A DNA stretch of 64,000 nt from the human T2T-CHM13v2.0 reference genome, Homo sapiens, in assembly GCF_009914755.1 (NCBI RefSeq), contig NC_060948.1. One strand, given 5' to 3'. Each line of letters opens with the position of its first letter. Position 1 is the first letter of the stretch. Both the position numbers and the translations under genes were made by a program. Under the pieces are notes generated by a model. The model made no database searches, was not told the DNA's origin, and saw nothing but the letters and a program-made list of their open reading frames with translations. Shown here piece by piece: positions 20,116-41,709 of this stretch.

Positions 20116-22222
20116 AGATCCATATTTTTTAAATGAAAAAAAATTTCAAAGGTACTCTGCTTGGTACAATAATCAAATGTATAAACTGAGGAATAAAACA
20201 TAACCATGAAACCTACTTATAACTGCATATGGAAAATACAGAGGATAATTTTTTAAATAACATATTTTGAAAGCCTTAACTAGTAATTTGAAGAGTTGGC
20301 ATTTGAAAGGCCAGTATGAATATACCTTCAAAGCAGCAACACAGGTTCCCCATGAGAAAAAGCAAACTCAGGGAAAATAAAACCACAAAGGTTCAATCTC
20401 TTCTGACCTTTGAAAGACACAGCACAGACAGTGGTCCTTAGGACGAAGAGCAGGAGACCCCTAATTCCGTCACCATGGCGATAGGGCATAAACACTGCTG
20501 GGTGAGGGCACAATCCACATTGTGAGGTCCAACTGCTGCCAGGAAGACAGGAGTGCTTTTACATAGACCGAAACGTCATTGAAGGCTCAGAGTTTTGTTT
20601 CAAGAACTGAATCCCAAGCCCACACGTTATTAGGCTGCGCTTCTTAAAACAAGTTATGAGATGGGAAAAAGGGCACCCACAAACATACGTATACATTATG
20701 TATATAATAATATACAGTATCATATATATAATATATATAACCTATGTATAATATTGTTTTACATCCTGCATCTTATGTTATATATATTGTATAAAATATA
20801 ATAATTGATAATATATAAGTTTTATAATTATACAATATGACATATAGTATATATTATAATTTATGACATATATAATATATGTTATATATCATATATAGAA
20901 TATATTATACGGTTAATATACATATTAAATATAAATTATACATTATATATATTATATATAATATATCTGTTATATATAATACCCATTATGCATAATATAT
21001 ATATTATGTCTATATTATATATATAGTATAAAACCACATATAATAATATATAATTGTATATATAAAATGCGACATATAATATATATTATATTTTATAACA
21101 TATGTAATATATATTATATATTATATATAATACGTTGTATGTATAATACCTATATTAAATATTTATTATATGACTATGTTATTAATTACATGTCACATGT
21201 GTTATATATTATATATTTTACATAGAATATACCGGTTACATACAATATATACTATGTTACCTATAATGTATAATTTCTTACATGTAAAATAAAGAATGCA
21301 ATATATTATGTATAATTTATAATATACAATATGTGGAATGTGATATATATAACATATAATATATGATATATGATATACAGTATATGATATATAACATACA
21401 ATATATGATTCCTAATATATATGGTATACAATATATATTTTATGACATGTATTCTATATGTTTTATATTCTGTTATATATAACTATTTGAAATTATATAT
21501 AACTGTATAATATTTTATGTAAATATGTAATATAATATATATAACTATATAATATATTATATATAACTATATATTATGTTATATATACTTTTATAACATA
21601 ATTTGCATAAAATATCATAATATAATATATATTATATTATTTCATATTACATAATATATATTACATATCACCCAATATAACTAACATACATAATATTATA
21701 ATATAGATTATATTATGTTATATTAAATATCATATATATCATGTATCATATATTCTATAATATATATTACACATTATATAATATGTATGTTGTCTATTAT
21801 GTGATATATATAACTCTATATATAATTATATTATTATACATATAACTAGATAAACATGTAATTCTACATATTTTCATTTATAATATGAAGAATTATATAA
21901 TCATATATAATTATTTATATTCTATAAAAAATTTTATCATTATATAAATTATAATATATAAAAATTATAATATTTACTACAAATATATATATTATATATC
22001 ATATCTGATATAGTACCTTTGTTATATATCATAATACATATAAATGTGTATTATGTTATCTATAATTATATAATTTCATATATAAGATGTATAATATGTA
22101 TCATATATTATATATGTTATGTAATATATACAGTATATATAAGATGACACAGGATAAATATTATATACTATGACATATAAAATATATGAGGTTATATGTT
22201 ACATATTAGGCATAGCACATAA

Positions 22223-22537
<315 letters not shown>

Positions 22538-24642
22538 AGATCCATATTTTTTAAATGAAAAAAAATTTCAAAGGTACTCTGCTTGGTACAATAATCAAAT
22601 GTATAAACTGAGGAATAAAACATAACCATGAAACCTACTTATAACTGCATATGGAAAATACAGAGGATAATTTTTTAAATAACATATTTTGAAAGCCTTA
22701 ACTAGTAATTTGAAGAGTTGGCATTTGAAAGGCCAGTATGAATATACCTTCAAAGCAGCAACACAGGTTCCCCATGAGAAAAAGCAAACTCAGGGAAAAT
22801 AAAACCACAAAGGTTCAATCTCTTCTGACCTTTGAAAGACACAGCACAGACAGTGGTCCTTAGGACGAAGAGCAGGAGACCCCTAATTCCGTCACCATGG
22901 CGATAGGGCATAAACACTGCTGGGTGAGGGCACAATCCACATTGTGAGGTCCAACTGCTGCCAGGAAGACAGGAGTGCTTTTACATAGACCGAAACGTCA
23001 TTGAAGGCTCAGAGTTTTGTTTCAAGAACTGAATCCCAAGCCCACACGTTATTAGGCTGCGCTTCTTAAAACAAGTTATGAGATGGGAAAAAGGGCACCC
23101 ACAAACATACGTATACATTATGTATATAATAATATACAGTATCATATATATAATATATATAACCTATGTATAATATTGTTTTACATCCTACATCTTATGT
23201 TATATATATTGTATAAAATATAATAATTGATAATATATAAGTTTTATAATTATACAATATGACATATAGTATATATTATAATTTATGACATATATAATAT
23301 ATGTTATATATCATATATAGAATATATTATACGGTTAATATACATATTAAATATAAATTATACATTATATATATTATATATAATATATCTGTTATATATA
23401 ATACCCATTATGCATAATATATATATTATGTCTATATTATATATATAGTATAAAACCACATATAATAATATATAATTGTATATATAAAATGCGACATATA
23501 ATATATATTATATTTTATAACATATGTAATATATATTATATATTATATATAATACGTTGTATGTATAATACCTATATTAAATATTTATTATATGACTATG
23601 TTATTAATTACATGTCACATGTGTTATATATTATATATTTTACATAGAATATACCGGTTACATACAATATATACTATGTTACCTATAATGTATAATTTCT
23701 TACATGTAAAATAAAGAATGCAATATATTATGTATAATTTATAATATACAATATGTGGAATGTGATATATATAACATATAATATATGATATATGATATAC
23801 AGTATATGATATATAACATACAATATATGATTCCTAATATATATGGTATACAATATATATTTTATGACATGTATTCTCTATGTTTTATATTCTGTTATAT
23901 ATAACTATTTGAAATTATATATAACTGTATAATATTTTATATAAATATGTAATATAATATATAACTATATAATATATTATATATAACTATATATTATGTT
24001 ATATATACTTTTATAACATAATTTGCATAAAATATCATAATATAATATATATTATATTATTTCATATTACATAATATATATTACATATCACCCAATATAA
24101 CTAACATACATAATATTATAATATAGATTATATTATGTTATATTAAATATCATATATATCATGTATCATATATTCTATAATATATATTACACATTATATA
24201 ATATGTATGTTGTCTATTATGTGATATATATAACTCTATATATAATTATATTATTATACATATAACTAGATAAACATGTAATTCTACATATTTTCATTTA
24301 TAATATGAAGAATTATATAATCATATATAATTATTTATATTCTATAAAAAATTTTATCATTATATAAATTATAATATATAAAAATTATAATATGTACTAC
24401 AAATATATATATTATATATCATATCTGATATAGTACCTTTGTTATATATCATAATACATATAAATGTGTATTATGTTATCTATAATTATATAATTTCATA
24501 TATAAGATGTATAATATGTATCATATATTATATATGTTATGTAATATATACAGTATATATAAGATGACACAGGATAAATATTATATACTATGACATATAA
24601 AATATATGAGGTTATATGTTACATATTAGGCATAGCACATAA

Positions 24643-24957
<315 letters not shown>

Positions 24958-27062
24958 AGATCCATATTTTTTAAATGAAAAAAAATTTCAAAGGTACTCT
25001 GCTTGGTACAATAATCAAATGTATAAACTGAGGAATAAAACATAACCATGAAACCTACTTATAACTGCATATGGAAAATACAGAGGATAATTTTTTAAAT
25101 AACATATTTTGAAAGCCTTAACTAGTAATTTGAAGAGCTTGCATTTGAAATGCCTGTATGAATATACCTTCAAAGCAGCAACACAGGTTCCCCATGAGAA
25201 AAAGCAAACACAGGGAAAATAAAAACACAAAGGTTCAATCTCTTCTGACCTTTGAAAGACACAGCACAGACAGTGGTCCTTAGGACGAAGAGCAGGAGAC
25301 CCCTAATTCCGTCACCATGGCGATAGGGCATAAACATTGCTGGGTGAGGGCACAATCCACATTGTGAGGTCCAACTGCTGCCAGGAAGACAGGAGTGCTT
25401 TTACATAGACCGAAAGGTCATTGAAGGCTCAGAGTTTTGTTTCAAGAACTGAATCCCAAGCCCACACGTTATTAGGCTGTGCTTCTTAAAACAAGTTATG
25501 AGATGGGAAAAAGGGCACCCACAAACATACGTATACATTATGTATATAATAATATACAGTATCATATATATAATATATATAACCTATGTATAATATTGTT
25601 TTACATCCTGCATCTTATGTTATATATATTGTATAAAATATAATAATTGATAATATATAAGTTTTATAATTATACAATATGACATATAGTATATATTATA
25701 ATTTATGACAAACATAATATATGTTATATATCATATATAGAATATATTATACGGTTAATATACGTATTAAATATAAATTATACATTATATATATTATATA
25801 TAATATATCTGTTATATATAATACCCATTATGCATAATATATATATTATGTCTATGTTATATATAGTATAAAACAACATATAATAATATATAATTGTATA
25901 TATAAAATGCGACATATAATATATATTATATTTTATAACATATGTAATATATATTATATATTATATATAATACGTTGTATGTATAATACCTATATTAAAT
26001 ATTTATTATATGACTATGTTATTAATTACATGTCACATGTGTTATATATTATATATTTTACATAGAATATACCGGTTACATACAATATATACTATGTTAC
26101 CTATAATGTATAATTTCTTACATGTAAAATAAAGAATGCAATATATTATGTATAATTTATAATATACAATATGTGGAATGTGATATATATAACATATAAT
26201 ATATGATATATGATATACAGTATATGATATATAACATACAATATATGATTGCTAATATATATGGTATATAATATATATTTTATGACATGTATTCTATATG
26301 TTTCATATTCTGTTATATATAACTATTTGAAATTATATATAACTGTATAATATTTTATGTAAATATGTAATATAATATATATAACTATATAATATATTAT
26401 ATATAACTATATATTATGTTATATATACTTTTATAACATAATTTGCATAAAATATCATAATATAATATATATTATATTATTTCATATTACATAATATATA
26501 TTACATATCACCCAATATAACTAACATACATAATATTATAATATAGATTATATTATGTTATATTAAATATCATATATATCATGTATCATATATTCTATAA
26601 TATATATTACACATTATATAATATGTATGTTGTCTATTATGTGATATATATAACTCTATATATAATTATATTATTATACATATAACTAGATAAACATGTA
26701 ATTCTACATATTTTCATTTATAATATGAAGAATTATATAATCATATATAATTATTTATATTCTATAAAAAATTTTATCATTAAATAAATTATAATATATA
26801 AAAATTATAATATGTAATACAAATATATATATTATATATCATATCTGATATAGTACCTTTGTTATATATCATAATACATATAAATGTGTATTATGTTATC
26901 TATAATTATATAATTTCATATATAAGATGTATAATATGTATCATATATTACATATGTTATGTAATATATACAGTATATATAAGATGACACAGGATAAATG
27001 TTATATACTATGACATATAAAATATATGAGGTTATATGTTACATATTAGGCATAGCACATAA

Positions 27063-27377
<315 letters not shown>

Positions 27378-29481
27378 AGATCCATATTTTTTAAATGAAA
27401 AAAAATTTCAAAGGTACTCTGCTTGGTACAATAATCAAATGTATAAACTGAGGAATAAAACATAACCATGAAACCTACTTATAACTGCATATGGAAAATA
27501 CAGAGGATAATTTTTTAAATAACATATTTTGAAAGCCTTAACTAGTAATTTGAAGAGCTGGCATTTGAAAGGCCTGTATGAATATACCTTCAAAGCAGCA
27601 ACACAGGTTCCCCATGAGAAAAAGCAAACACAGGGAAAATAAAAACACAAAGGTTCAATCTCTTCTGACCTTTGAAAGACACAGCACAGACAGTGGTCCT
27701 TAGGACGAAGAGCAGGAGACCCCTAATTCCGTCACCATGGCGATAGGGCATAAACATTGCTGGGTGAGGGCACAATCCACATTGTGAGGTCCAACTGCTG
27801 CCAGGAAGACAGGAGTGCTTTTACATAGACCGAAAGGTCATTGAAGGCTCAGAGTTTTGTTTCAAGAACTGAATCCCAAGCCCACACGTTATTAGGCTGC
27901 GCTTCTTAAAACAAGTTATGAGATGGGAAAAAGGGCACCCACAAACATACGTATACATTATGTATATAATAATATACAGTATCATATATATAATATATAT
28001 AACCTATGTATAATATTGTTTTACATCCTGCATCTTATGTTATATATATTGTATAAAATATAATAATTGATAATATATAAGTTTTATAATTATACAATAT
28101 GACATATAGTATATATTATAATTTATGACATATATAATATATGTTATATATCATATATAGAATATATTATACGGTTAATATACGTATTAAATATAAATTC
28201 TACATTATATATATTATATATAATATATCTGTTATATATAATACCCATTATGCATAATATATATATTATGTCTATGTTATATATAGTATAAAACAACATA
28301 TAATAATATATAATTGTATATATAAAATGCGACATATAATATATATTATATTTTATAACATATGTAATATATATTATATATTATATATAATACGTTGTAT
28401 GTATAATACCTATATTAAATATTTATTATATGACTATGTTATTAATTACATGTCACATGTGTTATATATTATATATTTTACATAGAATATACCGGTTACA
28501 TACAATATATACTATGTTACCTATAATGTATAATTTCTTACATGAAAATAAAGAATGCAATATATTATGTATAATTTATAATATACAATATGTGGAATGT
28601 GATATATATAACATATAATATATGATATATGATATACAGTATATGATATATAACATACAATATATGATTGCTAATATATATGGTATACAATATATATTTT
28701 ATGACATGTATTCTATATGTTTTATATTCTGTTATATATAACTATTTGAAATTATATATAACTGTATAATATTTTATGTAAATATGTAATATAATATATA
28801 TAACTATATAATATATTATATATAACTATATATTATGTTATATATACTTTTATAACATAATTTGCATAAAATATCATAATATAATATATATTATATTATT
28901 TCATATTACATAATATATATTACATATCACCCAATATAACTAACATACATAATATTATAATATAGATTATATTATGTTATATTAAATATCATATATATCA
29001 TGTATCATATATTCTATAATATATATTACACATTATATAATATGTATGTTGTCTATTATGTGATATATATAACTCTATATATAATTATATTATTATACAT
29101 ATAACTAGATAAACATGTAATTCTACATATTTTCATTTATAATATGAAGAATTATATAATCATATATAATTATTTATATTCTATAAAAAATTTTATCATT
29201 ATATAAATTATAATATATAAAAATTATAATATGTACTACAAATATATATATTATATATCATATCTGATATAGTACCTTTGTTATATATCATAATACATAT
29301 AAATGTGTATTATGTTATCTATAATTATATAATTTCATATATAAGATGTATAATATGTATCATATATTATATATGTTATGTAATATATACAGTATATATA
29401 AGATGACACAGGATAAATATTATATACTATGACATATAAAATATATCAGGTTATATGTTACATATAAGGCATAGCACATAA

Positions 29482-29796
<315 letters not shown>

Positions 29797-31917
29797 AGAT
29801 CCATATTTTTTAAATGAAAAAAAATTTCAAAGGTACTCTGCTTGGTACAATAATCAAATGTATAAACTGAGGAATAAAACATAACCATGAAACCTACTTA
29901 TAACTGCATATGGAAAATACAGAGGATAATTTTTTAAATAACATATTTTGAAAGCCTTAACTAGTAATTTGAAGAGCTGGCATTTGAAAGGCCTGTATGA
30001 ATATACCTTCAAAGCAGCAACACAGGTTCCCCATGAGAAAAAGCAAACACAGGGAAAATAAAAACACAAAGGTTCAATCTCTTCTGACCTTTGAAAGACA
30101 CAGCACAGACAGTGGTCCTTCGGACGAAGAGCAGGAGACCCCTAATTCCGTCACCATGGCGATAGGGCATAAACATTGCTGGGTGAGGGCACAATCCACA
30201 TTGTGAGGTCCAACTGCTGCCAGGAAGACAGGAGTGCTTTTACATAGACCGAAAGGTCATTGAAGGCTCAGAGTTTTGTTTCAAGAAATGAATCCCAAGC
30301 CCACACGTTATTAGGCTGCGCTTCTTAAAACAAGTTATGAGATGGGAAAAAGGGCACCCACAAACATACGTATACATTATGTATATAATAATATACAGTA
30401 TCATATATATAATATATATAACCTATGTATAATATTGTTTTACATCCTGCATCTTATGTTATATATATTGTATAAAATATAATAATTGATAATCTATAAG
30501 TTTTATAATTATACAATATGACATATAGTATATATTATAATTTATGACATATATACTATATGTTATATATCATATATAGAATATATTATACGGTTAATAT
30601 ACGTATTAAATATAAATTATACATTATATATATTATATACAATATATCTGTTATATATAATACCCATTATGCATAATATATATATTATGTCTATGTTATA
30701 TATAGTATAAAACAACATATAATAATATATAATTGTATATATAAAATGCGACATATAATATATATTATATTTTATAACATATGTAATATATATTATATAT
30801 TATATATAATACGTTGTATGTATAATACCTATATTAAATATATATTATATGACTATGTTATTAATTACATGTCACATGTGTTATATATTATATATTTTAC
30901 ATAGAATATACCGGTTACATACAATATATACTATGTTACCTATAATGTATAATTTATTACATGTAAAATAAAGAATGCAATATATTATGTATAATTTATA
31001 ATATACAATATGTGGAATGTGATATATATAACATATAATATATGATATATGATATACAGTATATGATATATAACATACGATATATGATTCCTAATATATA
31101 TGGTATAAAATATATATTTTATGATATGTATTCTATGTGTTTTATATTCTGTTATATATAACTATTTGAAATTATATATAACTGTATAATATTTTATGTA
31201 AATATGTAATATAATATATATAACTATATAATATATTATATATAACTATATATTATGTTATATATACTTTTATAACATAATTTACATAAAATATCATAAT
31301 ATAATATATATTATATTATTTCATATTACATAATATATATTACATATCACCCAATATAACTAACATACATAATATTATAATATAGATTATATTGTGTTAT
31401 ATTAAATATCATATATATCATGTATCATATATTCTATAATATATATTACACATTATATAATATGTATGTTGTCTATTATGTGATATATATAACTATATAT
31501 ATAATTATATTTTTATACATATAACTAGATAAACATGTTATTCTACATATTTTCATTTATAATATGTAGAATTATATAATCATATATAATTATTTATATT
31601 CTATAAAAAATTTTATCATTATATAAATTATAATATATAAAAATTATAATATGTACTACAAATATATATATTATATATGATATAGTACCTTTGTTATATA
31701 TCATAATACATATAAATGTGTATTATGTTATCTATAATTATATAATTTCATATATAAGATGTATAATATGTATCATATATTATATATGTTATGTAATATA
31801 TATAGTATATATAAGATGACACAGGATAAATATTATATACTATGACATATAAAATATATGAGGTTATATGTTACATATAAGGCATAGCACATAACATGTA
31901 ATATATATCATATATAA

Positions 31918-32208
31918 TTTTTTTTTAGACAGAATCTTGTCCTGTTGCACAGGGTGGGGTACAATGGCGCCATCTTTGCTCACTGCAACTTCTGCCTCAC
32001 GGGTCCAAGCGATTGTCCTCCCTCAGCCTCCAGGTAGCTGGGACTACACCACACTGGGACTACACCAGCTGCCACCATGCCTAGCTAATTTTTTGGATTT
32101 TTAGTAGTGACAGCGTTTCACTGTATTGGCCAGGATGGTCTTGATCTCTTCACCTTGTGATCCCCTTGCCTTGGCCTCCAAATTTGCTGGGATTACAGGC
32201 CTGAGCCA
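31918..32208 (-). mobile_element. Unit-resident antisense Alu (copy 14)
   Basis: Near-identical to 203-494; 1-bp deletion (cctccaggt). Confidence 0.9.
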
Positions 32209-34336
32209 AGATCCATATTTTTTAAATGAAAAAAAATTTCAAAGGTACTCTGCTTAGTACAATAATCAAATGTATAAACTGAGGAATAAAACATAACCAT
32301 GAAACCTACTTATAACTGCATATGGAAAATACAGAGGATAATTTTTTAAATAACATATTTTGAAAGCCTTAACTAGTAATTTGAAGAGTTGGCATTTGAA
32401 AGGCCAGTATGAATATACCTTCAAAGCAGCAACACAGGTTCCCCATGAGAAAAAGCAAACACAGGGAAAATAAAAACACAAAGGTTCAATCTCTTCTGAC
32501 CTTTGAAAGACACAGCACAGACAGTGGTCCTTAGGACGAAGAGCAGGAGACCCCTAATTCCGTCACCATGGCGATAGGGCATAAACATTGCTGGGTGAGG
32601 GCACAATCCACATTGTGAGGTCCAACTGCTGCCAGGAAGACAGGAGTGCTTTTACATAGACCGAAAGGTCATTGAAGGCTCAGAGTTTTGTTTCAAGAAC
32701 TGAATCCCAAGCCCACACGTTATTAGGCTGCGCTTCTTAAAACAAGTTATGAGATGGGAAAAAGGGCACCCACAAACATACGTATACATTATGTATATAA
32801 TAATATACAGTATCATATATATAATATATATAACCTATGTATAACATTGTTTTACATCCTGCATCTTACGTTATATATATTGTATAAAATATAATAATTG
32901 ATAATATATAAGTTTTATAATTATACAATATGACATATAGTATATATTGTAATTTATGACATATATAATATATGTTATATATCATATATAGAATATATTA
33001 TACGGTTAATATACGTATTAAATATAAATTATACATTATATATATTATATATAATATATCTGTTATATATAATACCCATTATGCATAATATATATATTAT
33101 GTCTATGTTATATATAGTATAAAACAACATATAATAATATATAATTGTATATATAAAATGCGACATATAATATATATTATATTTTATAACATATGTAATA
33201 TATATTATATATTATATATAATACGTTGTATGTATAATACCTATATTAAATATATATTATATGACTATGTTATTAATTACATGTCACATGTGTTATATAT
33301 TATATATTTTACATAGAATATACCGGTTACATACAATATATACTATGTTACCTATAATGTATAATTTATTACATGTAAAATAAAGAATGCAATATATTAT
33401 GTATAATTTATAATATACCATATGTGGAATGTGATATATATAAGATATAATATATGATATATGATATACAGTATATGATATATAACATACAATATATGAT
33501 TCCTAATATATATGGTATACAATATATATTTTATGATATGTATTCTATGTGTTTTATATTCTGTTATATATAACTATTTGAAATTATATATAACTGTATA
33601 ATATTTTATGTAAATATGTAATATAATATATATAACTATATAATATATTATATATAACTATATATTATGTTATATATACTTTTATAACATAATTTACATA
33701 AAATATCATAATATAATATATAATATATTATTTCATATTACATAATATATATTACATATCACCCAATATAACTAACATACATAATATTATAATATAGATT
33801 ATATTGTGTTATATTAAATATCATATATATCATGTATCATATATTCTATAATATATATTACACATTATATAATATGTATGTTGTCTATTATGTGATATAT
33901 ATAACTATATATATAATTATATTTTTATACATATAACTAGATAAACATGTAATTCTACATATTTTCATTTATAATATGTAGAATTATATAATCATATATA
34001 ATTATTTATATTCTATAAAAAATTTTATCATTATATAAATTATAATATATAAAAATTATAATATGTACTACAAATATATATATTATATATCATATATGAT
34101 ATAGTACCTTTGTTATATATCATAATACATATAAATTTGTATTATGTTATCTATAATTATATAATTTCATATATAAGATGTATAATATGTGTCATATATT
34201 ATATATGTTATGTAATATATATAGTATATATAAGATGACACAGGATAAATATTATATACTATGACATATAAAATATATGAGGTTATATGTTACATATAAG
34301 GCATAGCACATAACATGTAATATATATCATATATAA

Positions 34337-36872
<2,536 letters not shown>

Positions 36873-39000
36873 AGATCCATATTTTTTAAATGAAAAAAAA
36901 TTTCAAAGGTACTCTGCTTGGTACAATAATCAAATGTATAAACTGAGGAATAAAACATAACCATGAAACCTACTTATAACTGCATATGGAAAATACAGAG
37001 GATAATTTTTTAAATAACATATTTTGAAAGCCTTAACTAGTAATTTGAAGAGTTGGCATTTGAAAGGCCAGTATGAATATACCTTCAAAGCAGCAACACA
37101 GGTTCCCCATGAGAAAAAGCAAACACAGGGAAAATAAAAACACAAAGGTTCAATCTCTTCTGACCTTTGAAAGACACAGCACAGACAGTGGTCCTTAGGA
37201 CGAAGAGCAGGAGACCCCTAATTCCGTCACCATGGCGATAGGGCATAAACACTGCTGGGTGAGGGCACAATCCACATTGTGAGGTCCAACTGCTGCCAGG
37301 AAGACAGGAGTGCTTTTACATAGACCGAAAGGTCATTGAAGGCTCAGAGTTTTGTTTCAAGAACTGAATCCCAAGCCCACACGTTATTAGGCTGCGCTTC
37401 TTAAAACAAGTTATGAGATGGGAAAAAGGGCACCCACAAACATACGTATACATTATGTATATAATAATATACAGTGTCATATATATAATATATATAACCT
37501 ATGTATAATATTGTTTTACATCCTGCATCTTATGTTATATATATTGTATAAAATATAATAATTGATAATATATAAGTTTTATAATTATACAATATGACAT
37601 ATAGTATATATTATAATTTATGACATATATAATATATGTTATATGTCATATATAGAATATATTATACGGTTAATATACGTATTAAATATAAATTATACAT
37701 TATATATATTATATATAATATATCTGTTATATATAATAACCATTATGCATAATATATATATTATGTCTATGTTATATATAGTATAAAACAACATATAATA
37801 ATATATAATTGTATATGTAAAATGCGACATATAATATATATTATATTTTATAACATATGTAATATATATTTTATATTATATATAATACGTTGTATGTATA
37901 ATACCTATATTAAATATATATTATATGACTATGTTATTAATTACATGTCACATGTGTTATATATTATATATTTTACATAGAATATACCGGTTGCATACAA
38001 TATATACTATGTTACCTATAATGTATAATTTATTACATGTAAAATAAAGAATGCAATATATTATGTATAATTTATAATATACCATATGTGGAATGTGATA
38101 TATATAACATATAATATATGATATATGATATACAGTATATGATATATAACATACGATATATGATTCCTAATATATATGGTATACAATATATATTTTATGA
38201 TATGTATTCTATGTGTTTTATATTCTGTTATATATAACTATTTGAAATTATATATAACTGTATAATATTTTATGTAAATATGTAATATAATATATATAAC
38301 TATATAATATATTATATATAACTATATATTATGTTATATATACTTTTATAACATAATTTACATAAAATATCATAATATAATATATATTATATTATTTCAT
38401 ATTACATAATATATATTACATATCACCCAATATAACTAACATACATAATATTATAATATAGATTATATTGTGTTATATTAAATATCATATATATCATGTA
38501 TCATATATTCTATAATATATATTACACATTATATAATATGTATGTTGTCTATTATGTGATATATATAACTATATATATAATTATATTTTTATACATATAA
38601 CTAGATAAACATGTAATTCTACATATTTTCATTTATAATATGTAGAATTATATAATCATATATAATTATTTATATTCTATAAAAAATTTTATCATTATAT
38701 AAATTATAATATATAAAAATTATAATATGTACTACAAATATATATATTATATATCATATATGATATAGTACCTTTGTTATATATCATAATACATATAAAT
38801 GTGTATTATCTTATCTATAATTATATAATTTCATATATAAGATGTATAATATGTAACATATATTATATATGTTATGTAATATATATAGTATATATAAGAT
38901 GACACAGGATAAATATTATATACTATGACATATAAAATATATCAGGTTATATGTTACATATAAGGCATAGCACATAACATGTAATATATATCATATATAA

Positions 39001-39292
39001 TTTTTTTTTAGACGGAATCTTGTCCTGTTGCACAGGGTGGGGTACAATGGCGCCATCTTTGCTCACTGCAACTTCTGCCTCACGGGTCCAAGCGATTGTC
39101 CTCCCTCAGCCTCCCAGGTAGCTGGGACTACACCACACTGGGACTACACCAGCTGCCACCATGCCTAGCTAATTATTTGGATTTTTAGTAGTGACAGCGT
39201 TTCACTGTATTGGCCAGGATGGTCTTGATCTCTTCACCTTGTGATCCCCTTGCCTTGGCCTCCAAATTTGCTGGGATTACAGGCCTGAGCCG
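39001..39292 (-). mobile_element. Unit-resident antisense Alu (copy 17)
   Basis: Near-identical to 203-494. Confidence 0.9.
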
Positions 39293-41394
39293 AGATCCAT
39301 ATTTTTTAAATGAAAAAAAATTTCAAAGGTACTCTGCTTGGTACAATAATCAAATGTATAAACTGAGGAATAAAACATAACCATGAAACCTACTTATAAC
39401 TGCATATGGAAAATACAGAGGATAATTTTTTAAATAACATATTTTGAAAGCCTTAACTAGTAATTTGAAGAGCTGGCATTTGAAAGGCCAGTATGAATAT
39501 ACCTTCAAAGCAGCAACACAGGTTCCCCATGAGAAAAACAAACACAGGGAAAATAAAAACACAAAGGTTCAATCTCTTCTGACCTTTGAAAGACACAGCA
39601 CAGACAGTGGTCCTTAGGACGAAGAGCAGGAGACCCCTAATTCCGTCACCATGGCGATAGGGCATAAACATTGCTGGGTGAGGGCACAATCCACATAGTG
39701 AGGTCCAACTGCTGCCAGGAAGACAGGAGTGCCTTTACATAGACCGAAAGGTCATTGAAGGCTCAGAGTTTTGTTTCAAGAACTGAATCCCAAGCCCACA
39801 CGTTATTAGGCTGCGCTTCTTAAAACAAGTTATGAGATGGGAAAAAGGGCACCCACAAACATACGTATACATTATGTATATAATAATATACAGTATCATA
39901 TATATAATATATATAACCTATGTATAATATTGTTTTACATCCTGCATCTTATGTTATATATATTGTATAAAATATAATAATTGATAATATATAAGTTTTA
40001 TAATTATACAATATGACATATAGTATATATTATAATTTATGACATATATAATATATGTTATATGTCATATATAGAATATATTATACGGTTAATATACGTA
40101 TTAAATATAAATTATACATTATATATATTATATATAATATATCTGTTATATATAATACCCATTATGCATAATATATATATTATGTCTATGTTATATATAG
40201 TATAAAACAACATATAATAATATATAATTTTATATATAAAATGCGACATATAATATATATTATATTTTATAACATATGTAATATATATTATATATTATAT
40301 ATAATACGTTGTATGTATAATACCTATATTAAATATATATTATATGACTATGTTATTAATTACATGTCACATGTGTTATATATTATATATTTTACATAGA
40401 ATATACCGGTTACATACAATATATACTATGTTACCTATAATGTATAATTTATTACATGTAAAATAAAGAATGCAATATATTATGTAAAATTTATAATATA
40501 CCATATGTGAAATGTGATATATATAACATATAATATATGATATATGATATACAGTGTATGATATATAACATACAATATATGATTCCTAATATATATGGTA
40601 TACAATATATATTTTATGATATGTATTCTATATGTTTTATATTCTGTTATATATAACTATTTGAAATTATATATAACTGTATAATATTTTATGTAAATAT
40701 GTAATATAATATATATAACTATATAATATATTTTATATAACTATATATTATGTTATATATACTTTTATAACATAATTTACATAAAATATCATAATATAAT
40801 ATATATTATATTATTTCATATTACATAATATATATTACATATCACCCAATATAACTAACATACATAATATTATAATATAGATTATATTATGTTATATTAA
40901 ATATCATATATATCATGTATCATATATTCTATAGTATATATTACACATTATATAATATGTGTGTTGTCTATTATGTGATATATATAACAATATATATAAT
41001 TATATTTTTATACATATAACTAGATAAACATGTAATTCTACAAATTTTCATTTATAATATGTAGAATTATATAATCATATATAATTATTTATATTCTATA
41101 AAAAATTTTATCATTATATATATTATAATATATAAAAATTATAATATGTACTACAAATATATATTATATATCATATATGATATAGTACCTTTGTCATATA
41201 TCATAATACATATAAATGTGTATTATGTTATCTATAATTATATAATTTCATATATAAGATGTATAATATGTATCATATATTATATATGTTATGTAATATA
41301 TATAGTATATATAAGATGACACAGGATAAATATTATGTACTATGACATATAAAATATATCAGGTTATATGTTACATATAAGGCATAGCACATAA

Positions 41395-41709
<315 letters not shown>

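Noticed and set aside
25141-25160. Loss of one HaeIII site (aaaggcc to aaatgcc) in unit 11
   Set aside because: An ordinary private substitution that only alters a restriction fragment length.
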